DNA of 64,000 bases, taken from contig OU015566.1 of the NCBI GenBank assembly GCA_907165135.1, positions 10,416,001 to 10,480,000 on the forward strand, in the 5' to 3' direction. This stretch comes from Oikopleura dioica. Taxonomy: Eukaryota; Animalia; Chordata. The notes beneath the pieces are model-generated. The model saw only the letters and a list, made by a program, of their open reading frames with translations, was not told where the DNA came from and made no database searches. The stretch's first letter is position 1. Each line of letters starts with the position of its first letter. This document shows, piece by piece, positions 1-11,006 of the stretch. Made by a program: the position numbers and the translations under genes.

Positions 1-1
1 A

Positions 2-407
2 GGCTCCATGAAAAACCCCGCAAAAGTGGAACAAGAAGTCCTCCAAGATTTGGAGCAGTTCGCAGAAGGCAGCGAAACCATCAACAAAGATCAGCTTCAG
101 GACTGGCTCTTCAAAATTCACCCAGAATTCGACGATGACCTTCTTGACGGTGGAACGCTATAACACCAAGATTTTAATGAAAGTTTTAGCGCTCGCGGAG
201 GGGGCTGATTTAGACGGTGATGATGAGATCAACTACATTGCTTACGTCCAGCTCGTCACTCGACAGATCCTCAAACTTCGAAAGGTAAAAGAGAACTTGA
301 TCGAGGCTTTTCTTCTCTTACTTCACTTTTCAATGACTGAAAAAATATTCAGTAAGGTGCCAAAAAGCGTTTACGGTGGCTACAATTTCAAAACAAATCG
401 AGGTTAA
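2..407 (+). CDS. 3' part of a calmodulin/myosin-light-chain-like EF-hand protein (5' end lies outside the window)
   Basis: Frame from nt 2 reads GSMKNPAKVEQEVLQDLEQF...FDDDLLD. A 40-nt GT-AG intron (150-189) joins it to ALAEGADLDGDDEINYIAYVQLVT, a canonical EF-hand loop. The last exon and stop codon are uncertain. Confidence 0.7.
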
Positions 408-538
408 AAATGATTTCGCCACTAAAATTCCTATTTATCCTGTTCAAGTTCAATAAGTACCAAACAAATACGCCACTTTCTGTTCATTTCATTTTTGCGT
501 GTTTATTAGATAATAAAGAAACTTTCATTCTGCTATTC

Positions 539-2450
539 TTATATTCTTGAGGTTCCCATGTTTTCATCGGTTACCAACTGTACGCTGTTTTCAAAAAATA
601 ATCTGTTTGCGAGAATTTCTGCGTGGTCGAAGGCGTTCTTTATAAGATTTTTGCTGCTAGAATGAATCTCTTTGTCTGTCCACGGTTGAATTTCTTCATT
701 CCAAAGGGTACTAGTGCTCTGTTCTCTTTGATTTCCGCGTTTAAAATAGACAGGGACGAAAGATGTTTCCTCGAGTTGCATGGTTTTCTCATTCGCAATG
801 GTCGCATCAGGGTCAATTTCGGCATCGTTTATCAAAGCCTCTGTTCTATCAGATGCCTTTTCCGAAACTTCACTGCTTTCAACGGACTCAATTCTTTGCC
901 GCTTTTGATTTTGTTGGTTCTCGTTCTCTGTCGACTCCCTAGGCAAAGATCTCTTCAGAGCATTTTCCGGTATGATGATGTCTTTCTCCACTAGTTCTGA
1001 GAACTCGTCGATTTTACATGCATCATCGTCGGAAAGCGTCTTGTCACTTAAGTTTGAAAGTTCATCTAATTCAGGTAAAGTATCTTCTTCGGGAAAAGAA
1101 GTAGCCCAATCTATTGTTTCTTGTCTGAAAACGGTCTTTTTCGTTGACGTTTCCCCAATCACCTAAATTTCGTCAATGAAAATCTTCGGTTATTTTTTCG
1201 TCTTACCGAAAATCCAACTTCTTGACCAAGTAATGGTCTCTCATGAAGTTGGTTTTTGATCATCTTTACTAACTCATCTGCGTTTTCCTTCGACGGTGGA
1301 CTTAGCTTCGGAAGATCCGTCAATACCATCGTAAGCGGCAACTGAATTTTTTGACCATCTGGATCCTCGACAAGACCACACATTTCAGCCTCATCGTCCA
1401 GAAGAATGCCATGAACTCTCCGACACTCTCTTCGAATCGTCTTCCACGATTTGTATCCTTTTCCTTCCTCATTGTACTCTTTTACACCTAATACCTTCTT
1501 GAAGACACATTCTTTCAAGCTTGGCATGATGTAGCACTTTTGGTCTTTTAGCTTTTTTCGCTTCTTTCTTGTCGGAAGAATATACTCAGTAAAAATCGAT
1601 TGCAACCGGATGAATGATACTCTCATCTTTATATCAAGCGTCCCATTGAACTAGAAAAGGGTTATTATTGAAAAAAATTGTAAAAAAAATACTCACAAGA
1701 TTAACTTGAGTACAAGCGACCGGTCGCTGTTTTTCAGGAACGTAGTGATAAGAGTAACGATGGAAATGAACGTAGTTGAGGAAAAAAAGGTTGTCGTGGA
1801 GTTTGATAAACTTCGGAACCAGGTGGAATTGTATCCATAGACAAATGCCTTGTCTGAGAGTAGCGCTATCTGTCATTCCAGATTTTTTGATCTTCAGACC
1901 GAAAACCTTCAAATAATGATGAACAGTCAACTCTAGTTATGAGAGACTTACAGATGAAACGACAAACATCGTATCCTTGTCGTAGTCTTCTCTTTTCATC
2001 GTAAGAATCAGTTCGCCTTTATTTTCGGGTTCCTGATCGTTCTCTTCGTTCGAATTCGACCATTCATTTCTGTTCAATATACTCTGAGCTGACAACAGAC
2101 GAGGTCGTCTGCGTGGTTTCACTGGTTTCTCTTTATCAAGGTTACAACTGGCTCTCAAGTATCTATCTTCGATTTACCGGTATATTGTTAACCCTAACCT
2201 TTGTAGGAAATGGTCGGAATAATTCTTCCTTTGCACTCACTGATTATTAATCTGCAGAGTTCGATGCCCCTGTTGGGCCACGTCATATCTGTAGTCTCAA
2301 ATTTTTCACTGATCTCTGCAACGCAGGAAATCAAGTCCTTCTCTAACGGAATTTTCGCTGTTAGACATCTTTTTCAAGTCTCAACGATGCTTTCAAATTG
2401 AAAATAACTACATTTGGGACCTTCCTAAATTCATCTCCGTAGTAAGCCAT
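539..2450 (-). CDS. C18orf63/DUF4708-like protein with acidic low-complexity C-terminus (multi-exon)
   Basis: Joined exons contain IELCRLII, LRQGICLWIQFHLVPKF, KCYIMPSLK, YKSWKTIRRECRRVHGILL and QLPLTMV. These resemble recalled C18orf63 motifs (MCRQLL, CYVLPSMK, FQRHWDALYGYKL, YPLSCI). GT-AG introns lie near 1905-1950 and 1650-1695. The start ATG at 2450 is inferred. Confidence 0.55.
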
Positions 2451-3077
2451 GGAAAAATCTCTCAAGTCTCGTGATTCCTGATCGGGAATAGTTTATTCTG
2501 AGCTCGATCATTGTCGTAGACTCGATCAGTAGCATTCTAGTAATGGAAAAATTTATCGAATAAGTCTTTCAGACGTTTTATCTCTCAATAAGGGCATTTG
2601 ATCTAGAGAAAATATTTTCACTAATAAATTAAAGGAAATGGTCTTTGTTTTAACAACTTTACATTCAAATAAAGTGATTTCTGTATATTAATTTATAAAA
2701 ATTTATTGCATATATATTGAATAAATAGAGTGCATAATGCAATTTGTAAACATGCAGAAGGTGTTCTACTGCATCAGTATCGAACGCTTTCGCTGAGTAG
2801 TCACCTGATCGAAAATCAATAAGAAGGAGGTTGTCTTCTCTATACGGGCACAGAGCCGACGCCGGCTCTTTTTCGGAACACGGCTGCGGCGAGAAAGAAT
2901 AAGAAATACAAGCAGATTAATCAAGCACCTCTTTTTTCGACGCTAAAATGGCCTGAAACAAGCCAATTACGACAGCTAAGAGCTCGATTTGAATAAGGAA
3001 GAGCGGGATAATTGAAGAGACAGAGAATGTTTTCGGACTACGCGTCAATTAAAGACAAGTGCACAAGGTAAGCAAAT

Positions 3078-3973
3078 CTAGTTTAGCAAAGTCACATTCC
3101 AAGTGATATTCCCGGATCCGATTTTATGAACCGTTATCGACTCCCATCTTCCGACCGAGACACTTGTCTCATTTGAAATCTCGTATTTTCCTTTTGCGGC
3201 TTGTTGAACCACTCTTGCATCAAATCGAACTCCTCCATCTATGAATTAAAATATCCACAACATCTTCTAAAGTTTAAGATGTACCTTTATTACGTATCCT
3301 AAGTGAAGAAGTTCCTCTATCACTTTTGAGTTCTAGCTCCCAGCCTTGAGCCTGGATATTCAGGTCTTGATTACCGGGAAACTAAGATTCAATAATTATA
3401 AATAATTTTTGAAAAACCTACCCTAAAATTAACCCGTAGCTGACCCATTGAAATCATCTTTAGAATGTTTTTCACGTCACTTTTGAACATAGGACGTCTT
3501 AGATCCTCTTCTGTAAAATGGTCGGCTCCGTTCTTCGGTCCAAGGTCTCTGACCATCTTTGCGAGTTCAGAATCAGGATTAGGCTGGTTTTCTAGGGATG
3601 GAACAATCCCATTTCTATTAGTGGCTGAGTTATCGAGAAGTTGCTTTACCGATAACTTAGTATCTTCAAGTTGGGACTGGAGTAGCTGAATGAGTTTGCC
3701 CTGCGTTTCAACTTGTCCAAAGATTTGGGTTGTTTGATGTATCTTTTTTTCTAGTTCAGATGTTCGAGTGATTGATTTCTGTAGTTCAATTTTCGTGGCC
3801 AAGTTCGACTTTTCCATCACAGCAACTCTTGCTTGCAAGTTTTCTAACAGTTCAAGTGATCTGTTATTATCTTCCGGGAACTGCATCCCATCGATGTTTT
3901 GATTTTGACGGTCACATCCGCGATAATCACTTAAAAACGACTCGGAGTATACTCCGGATTCTCGTTCAGACAT
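3078..3973 (-). CDS. Unknown protein: N-terminal coiled coil plus small beta-rich C-terminal domain
   Basis: The 194-aa ORF has heptad character and continues through two further exons (FPGNQDLNIQAQGWELELK...; DGGVRFDARVV...VGRWESITVHK...TLLN*). It lies head-to-head with SLC7A14. Confidence 0.55.
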
Positions 3974-4112
3974 TTTTCTCTGCAGTTAAATTAGATGGTT
4001 TTGACGAAACTCGAATTTCTGGAGTAAAAAATCAACAAGAAGTGACTTTGTAAAAGTCAAGCATATTTGAACTTTACGTCAATCTATTCTTCATAACTTC
4101 CTAAATCTTTCG

Positions 4113-7037
4113 ATGGTCTCACACTCATTTTGTAGGAAAAAAGACATTTCCCAAGTCACTGGCTCTGCTGGCGATAAAATCAGCCTCAAGAAACTCCTCA
4201 CAACCCTGGATTTGACTTCGCTCGGTGTTGGAAGCTGTAATGGAACAGGAATGTACGTGGTTGCCGGGCTGATCGCCAAAGAACTCGCTGGTCCGGGTGT
4301 CGTCTTTTCGTTTCTCATCGCTGGCTTAGCCTCGCTGCTTTCAGGTTTGTCTATCTTGCTTATCATCGCTAAGTAATTTGGGCCCCCAATTTGGGGGGAT
4401 TATTTTCGATACCCAAAAATCATCAGTTTTTCAAATCGCTATTGGCGATCAACTTAGCATCGATTCAAAATCTTCTTCTGACAGTCCAATTTCCAAATTA
4501 TGTCAATTTAGGCATCTGTTATGCAGAGTTCGGCGTGCGTGTGCCAAAAACATCTGGCTCTGCATATACTTACAGTTATGTGACGATAGGCGAGTGTACT
4601 GCATTTTTCATCGGTTGGAACTTGATCCTCGAGTATCTTATTGGAACTGCTTCTGGTGCTTCAGCGCTGAGTTCGATGCTCGACTCGTTGTCTAATCGAG
4701 CTATTTCTAAGTGGTCTTTGGAGAATTTGGGAAAACTTCACGGAGTCTGGCAGAGTCCCGACGAGGAAAGGGCTTGTTTGTCTGTCTATACAGTGGTTGC
4801 ATTAATCAATTATGCGTAGCGGTGTGAAAGGGTTGTCTTATTTTTCGCAACAGCGAAAATAGGAAAGCGTACGCATATTTCAAGCCCGAATGAAGGTCTC
4901 GTACCCAGACTTGGTCGCCATGGGCATTTGCATGGTAATGGTGATGATCGTTGGAGCTGGACTGAAGAACTCGATGCTTTTGAACAACCTTCTCAACGCT
5001 GCTAACATTGTCGTCTGGGCGGTCATCATGGTTGGAGGCTTGTTTACTCTCAATGCAGAAAACTGGAACCTGAGTCCTCCAAATGGCACGGATGCTTCCT
5101 CAGCTGAGATCAAAAAGTACGGAGATGGTGGATTCTTGCCATACGGCTGGGAAGGTGTCATGCGAGGAGCAGCAACAGCTTTTTACGCTTATATTGGCTT
5201 CGACATCATTGCAACTACTGGAGAAGAGTGCAAAAAGGAACCGAGTTGAAGATTTTTTTTAAATAAGGAGCTTGGTTTATCTTTTATTGGGGCGTCCTAA
5301 ATACTGTTTTATGGGCGCACTGACAGTAAAATAGTTTACAACTCGGTGCAAGCCACATAAATCGATTCCGAAGGCGATTGTTTCCTCGCTAGTCATCTGT
5401 TTAGTGGTGAGTTTAGCAGTTTTGTATTTGATGAGCTTAAAACCGTAAACATCAAATTGTATCGAAAAATAAATTTCTTATAAATCTACGAACTTTTGAC
5501 GATTTTTACGTATTGACAACGTTCTTCTGATTGTTATGATTCTGTTTTTCTAGTGCTACATCTCCACCGCCATGATGCTAACTCTGGTCGACAAATACTG
5601 GGAAATCGACTCAGAAGCTCCCTTGACCGAAATGTTTGACCGCTGTGAAGGAGATACGTGCCACCCATTTATGAAAAAGGTAAAAACAGTCACTGGTGAT
5701 TAGGCTAACTCCTCTTTGTCTTTAGGCTAAATATTTGATCAGTGTGGGTTCATTTTGTGCCCTAACTGCTTCACTTCTTGGATCGTTGTTTCCCATGCCA
5801 CGAATTATTTACGCGATGGCGTCTGATGGCTTGCTCTTTCACTTCTTGAGCGTTATCTTTCCCCCAACTGGTTTGTACTAGCGTAATGAATAAATAATTA
5901 TCGAAATAAGGAACACCCTTGATTGCAACTATCATCGCCGGATTGTTCGCATCAGTTCTGGCGTTGGTCGTGTCTCTTCGAGATCTGATAGAAATGATGT
6001 CCATCGGAACACTTTTGGCTTATACACTCGTGGCAGTCTCGGTTCTTGTTCTGAGATACCAACCAACTATTACCTTGGACAGAAGTTTGGCCGATGAAGA
6101 TGACGAAGAGTATCAACAGGTACGTTTTTATGACATCAATTCTTGTGACAATCTTTCTAGAGAGAAGCAAACAGAGCATTTGATATGGACGATCGCTCTG
6201 TTCTCGTTGAGGACTCTCGCCCGACACCTGGTTACGGAACTGTAGTTGAAGGAGAAGAGCCACCACCGAGAAAACCATGCTTCCTCGACCCACTGACAGA
6301 TCGCCTTGCTCCAGCTATTCATTTCGGAAAAGTAACATTCGGTCTTCCAGTGGAGACTGACAAGCCCACGGAAGAAACAGGAAAAATTGCTTACAAGAAA
6401 GTCATTCACTTCGGTTCGTACTCTTCCTTGATTTCTAAGAACTAATTTTTTCCAAAGTTATTTACACTTTTATTTACAACGTGTTTCATGTTGTGAAGCT
6501 TCCATTTTGGATGAAAGCAGTTGGCTTTCTTCCTTCCACTGCGGTGCTGCTTTACTTGATGCTCAAAATTGCTCAGCTTCCACCTAACAGGTTAATTTTA
6601 CCTCGCCAACGGGTTTCAACACTGTCTTTAGGACAAAACTTCCCTTCATGGTTCCTTTTGTTCCCCTCCTGCCTATGTCAGCTATTCTCGCAAACATCTT
6701 TCTGATGTGCAGACTTTCAACTCTTACGTGGATACGATTCACCATTTGGTGCATTATCGGTGAGTTTTCTCTGTCCATATAATATGGACCATATTATCAT
6801 TCTTGCTAATTTTAATATTTAGGCGCTGTTATTTATTTTGGATACGGAATGAGGTTTTCTAATTTGGAGCTGCGAGCTCATCAGCCCGCCACTTATAAAG
6901 TTGGACTTGACCTGGATTCTGACTTTGATCCTAATTTCCAGACACAGGTAATCATCGACTATCAAAGAGTTGACTCAATTCTTCATTAGCCAAAGACGAA
7001 GAAGGGTGGTTACTCGGAGTTCCACAACGAGGAATAA
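4113..7037 (+). CDS. SLC7A14: Cationic amino acid transporter, SLC7A14-like (multi-exon)
   Basis: Contains [68 protein letters not shown] and [20 protein letters not shown], which match recalled SLC7A14-specific motifs. Includes a GA-AG intron at 5238-5352. Confidence 0.88.
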
Positions 7038-7243
7038 CTTCTGTATCATTTTGTATTTCAACAACTGTACCAAGACCTTGTCGATGCCATATTTTTCGTA
7101 TCATATCCATACTCTAGTTTAATATCCATATTATATTATTATTTGAAGTTCTCAATCACTGCTCGCTACAATCATCTTCAATCGGTGAAGTGCAATAAAA
7201 CTGATTAAAAATCTCAAAACCATCTTTTCATTCAAACAAGTGT

Positions 7244-10200
7244 TTATTTCTGAAACTGTTCTTCGAGCGACTTCAGGAGAAGAATCGTATTTCCTCGGCG
7301 AATTCGCTTGAAAAAGAGGTTAAATTAAGGCTCAGTTCGAAAAAAGGGGTTCTTACATCTCTGGTCATTGACTGGTAGACAACTGGTTTCTTTTCGATGG
7401 ATTGAGAGTTAGAACGTTCATGTTTACCTTCTAGCTTCTTCAGTATTGATGGAAAACAGGTTAAATTTCTACTCTTGACTTCAGGGGTAATTTTGGTATA
7501 AATAATATCCGATCACGTTCCTTCAACGATTCATATCGTTCAACCCGACGGGCGAGATCGTTAGGGTCAGCCTTTGGAATCATCTCTCGGAGAATTCGAT
7601 ACTAAAAGTGCGCTTAAGACACGACAGCCGCTTATTTCAACTTTTTCCAACGAAAAGGGAGTCGTTGGAAAAATTTGTTTACCTGACTGAGTGTCCGAGT
7701 AGCTTCGCGATCGATTCGCTGGATGTTTTCACGTAGTCGAACGATCTCACCTTCGTAAATATCCTTTTCATTTTGCATTCTGTCCAACTTATCGCTCAAG
7801 TTCTTAAAAATATGATGAAGAAGATCTCGGGCATCTTACTTTCCGGTCTTCTTCAAGCTCGGAGATGAGATTATTCTGCACTTGAAAGTGCCTTTTTGTT
7901 TGAGAAATTTCTTCTCGTTTGAAGATCTTTGATTTTTCCTCTTCGTCGGCTACGATCTTCAAAAAGGATAGAGTAGATTCTAACGGTAATTCTAGATTTC
8001 TAAGACAATCCCCTCCTTGAGCCGCTCCACCTGAGGAGACGGAGGCGCCTCCATCATCACTGATAAGAGCTAAAACAACGTGATAATTATTATGTCTAAG
8101 TTCCGAAAGAGTAGGAAAAACTCTTATCATCCCTTTCGCGCTACCTTATAATTCTGGATTAAGTCAACCACTCGTTTCGCTTCGGAAGAATTCTTCGCAG
8201 TGAGGCTCTTCTCCCGCCCGCTCCTAAATCTTGTTGTAATTACAGATTTCATGATCGTCGCTAGAGACCGAAGTTTAATTGTTATTTTCTTGTCGACTTG
8301 CGCGGCTGAGCGAATCTCCGCCCATCGGAAGCTGGGATTGATGACTAAGTTCGTAGGGACTAGGTTCGTGGGACTAGGTTCGTAGGTGGTTATGCCAAAG
8401 TATGCAAGATGGGGTATGGTTTCCTTTCTATAAGGAACAATGTGGTGCGACTAGGTTCGTGGGACTAGGTTCGTAGGGGTGCTAGGTTCGTGGGTTTTGA
8501 AAATGATATTTTCTATAAGTATTATAAAAATTATAAATTTTTTTATAAGGAACAATTGAGTGCGACTAGGTTCGTGGGACTAGGTTCGTGAGTTTTGAAA
8601 TTTTTTTATAAGGAACAATTGAGTGCGACTAGGTTCGTGGGACTAGGTTCGTGAGTTTTGAAATTTTTTCATAAGGAACAATTGAGTGCGACTAGGTTCG
8701 TGGGACTAGGTTCGTGGGTTTTGAAATTTTTTATAAGAAAAAGGAGGGTGGGACTAGGTTCGTGGGACTAGGTTCGTGGGTTTTGAAATTTTTTTATAAG
8801 GAAAAGGAGGGTGCGACTAGGTTCGTGGGACTAGGTTCGTGGGTTTTGAAATTTTTTTATAAGGAAAAGGGGGTGCGACTAGGTTCGTGGGACTAGGTTC
8901 GTGAAGACTAGGTTCGTGAAGACTAGGTTCGTGAAGACTAGGTTCGTGGGACTAGGTTCGTGAAGATTAGGTTCGTGAAGACTAGGTTCGTGAGACTAGG
9001 TTCGTGGGACTAAGTTCGTGGGTTTTGAAATTTTTTTTTATAAGGAACAATTGAGTGCGAATAGGTTCGTGGGACTAGGTTCGTGGGTTGTAAAATTGGG
9101 TAAAGTTGAATGGTAAAAAAATGACTTCCCCACCCCCCACCCCCCCCCCCAAAATAAGCCGCTAGGCTCTTTAACTGAATTTCTATGTTAGCGCTGAATA
9201 ACAATGGTTGCCTTAGAAGAGTTGGTGATAACTATAACGGAAATATTTAGCAAGATAATTTTTTGAAACACGATTCTAGTCCCACGAACCTAGTCGCACT
9301 ACACTTTTCCTTATAAAAAAATTTCAAAACCCACGAACCTAGTCCCACGAACCTAGTCGCACCCCACTTTTCCTTATAAAAAATTTCAAAACCCACGAAC
9401 TTAGTCCCACGAACCTAGTCGCCCCCTCCTTTTCCTTATTAAAAAAATTCAAAACCCACGAACCTAGTCCCACGAACCTAGTCGCACATAATTTCTCCTT
9501 ATAGAATAAAAATAATTACCAATTAAAAACTCACGAACCTAGTCCCACGAACCTAGTCGCACATATTTTTTCCTTATAGAATAAAAATTCTAACCAATCA
9601 AAAACCCCCGAACCTATATTTAGATAACAATATTATAATATATGATCATATATTTACAATACATATTTATAAATATATATATACTTATAAATAGCACTTA
9701 ATCATTATAAATAAAAATATACATATAAAATCAAAAACTCACGAACCTAGTCCCACGAACCACGTTTTCCAGCCAGCCACCCACGAACCTAGTCCCACGA
9801 ACCTAGTCCCCACGAACTTAGTCATCCCACACCGGAAGCTCTCCTCATCCTTGAAATCAGCTGTGCTCAGCGTTATCGAGCTCGGGCTGACGCTAAGTAA
9901 TTTGTGGGGCTCAAACTTGGTGCCGATTTCAAAGAGCGCAGTTCCGTATCCACGCACATCACGTTCTGCTGTTTTCAAGTAAAACATCATCGCGTCTTCT
10001 CTTTATTTCGGGCTCATTTCCGTGGTGCGAAAGAAAATCAAATTAATTTATCTGAACTTTATTCAGCCCGGAACTGAGCATAGTCCCGCGTTCTTTATGC
10101 ATCTTCTTGACTTTTTCTTCCAAGATCGATTTTGGAAACCCAGTCGAGTTGAGAAAGCTCTCCGGAAAAAGCTCCTCGATTTTCAAATAGCGATCTTAAT

Positions 10201-10807
10201 TACCTTTTTTATTCGAAAAAGCTACTCTCTTACCAAGGAAAGAGTCATGAATCTCCGGTAAAAATGGACCGAATCGCTCTTGAGCTTGATATCCCGCTAG
10301 AGAGACAAGCGAGTCAACATCAGCATCATAGAATCCTGATAAAACCTTTGCCTTCGTATGCAAGTAGAAGAGACGAACAGTGATATCTTGAATTAGATCT
10401 GTTTTATGTTCTAAAATAACTTCTTGAAAGAAAAACTGAATGATGACGTAACATGTCCTTCAACCCTCAGCGGGTAAATTTTCACATCAAAGCTCAATTC
10501 GACGGGTTCCGTATTGAAGGGCACTTGAAGACCGAGTTTCTTCTTGTTCTTGACCCACACTTTGTGCCCATCAAAATCAGTACCCGAAAGTCCAAACCAC
10601 CAAGTTTCCTCTACGCCTAATGCGGCAACCACTTCATCGAATATTTGCTGGCCTGTTACAGCGTAAGGAACGGCAATTTCAAATCTTGTGACGGCGGTTT
10701 CTACTGCGATTACTACAGAGGTCTTCTGCAACTTTTAAAAACCTTTGAGAGTCTTAAATGCTTCAGTATCATACCTGGGCTTTTCTCTTAGTCTGCAAGC
10801 ATTCCAT
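7244..10807 (-). CDS. ERM/merlin-like FERM protein (FERM, coiled coil, ERM-like C-terminal tail), interrupted by a Foldback-like insertion
   Basis: FERM-N: VTGQQIFDEVVAALGVEETWWFGL. FERM-M: DLIQDITVRLFYLHTK, AGYQAQERFG, DAMMFYLK...GYG. FERM-C: EESF|RWAEIRSAAQVDKKITIK, joined across 8334-9832 and comparable to ERM FPWSEIRNISFNDKKFVIK. A coiled coil follows (7804-8130), then the C-terminal RIRRGNT motif, comparable to QIRQGNT. Confidence 0.8.
8334..9832. mobile_element. Non-autonomous Foldback-like DNA element, 1499 bp, with long modular inverted arms and 8-bp TSD CGGAAGCT
   Basis: The direct repeat CGGAAGCT occurs at 8326-8333 and 9833-9840. About 50 bp of near-perfect terminal inverted repeat follow the outermost 6 nt (GATGACTAAGTTCGT.GGGACTAGGTTCGTGGGACTAGGTTCGT.GGTGG). 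The left arm (to about 9090) has about 28 copies of the GACTAGGTTCGTG motif and the right arm (from about 9276) about 15 inverted copies, often as 58-60-bp units. No transposase ORF is present. Confidence 0.9.
9128..9150 (-). repeat. G-tract (potential G-quadruplex) in the non-palindromic centre of the Foldback element
   Basis: The plus strand reads CCCCACCCCCCACCCCCCCCCCC, so the G-runs are on the FERM gene's sense strand. Confidence 0.55.
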
Positions 10808-11006
10808 GATCTATTTCTAATGCTCTGTCAAGACAAAAATGATGCGCGATTCCATGTGAACGGGAGTTTTAAGTAGTTTCATTAATTTTGTTATTTTTGG
10901 CGAAGGGTTTATTATTTTTCGTCAGAAAAGTAGCAAAGTGGCAGAAATCAAACAGCGGAGGGTAGTATTTACAGTATTTTGACGATGTGATAGGTAAGAG
11001 GATAAA

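Noticed and set aside
7804-8130. Independent coiled-coil gene separate from the FERM ORFs
   Set aside because: The frame continues from FERM-C across the insertion and on to an ERM-like RxGNT tail, so it is one gene.
8200-9204. ORFs containing TRFVGLGS repeats (8200-8385, 8714-8896, 9010-9204)
   Set aside because: These are translations of the transposon's 14-bp repeat, not a plausible protein.
8346-9825. CRISPR-like repeat array
   Set aside because: The sequences between motif pairs are near-identical rather than unique spacers, the array is mirrored with a TSD, and the context is eukaryotic with no cas genes.
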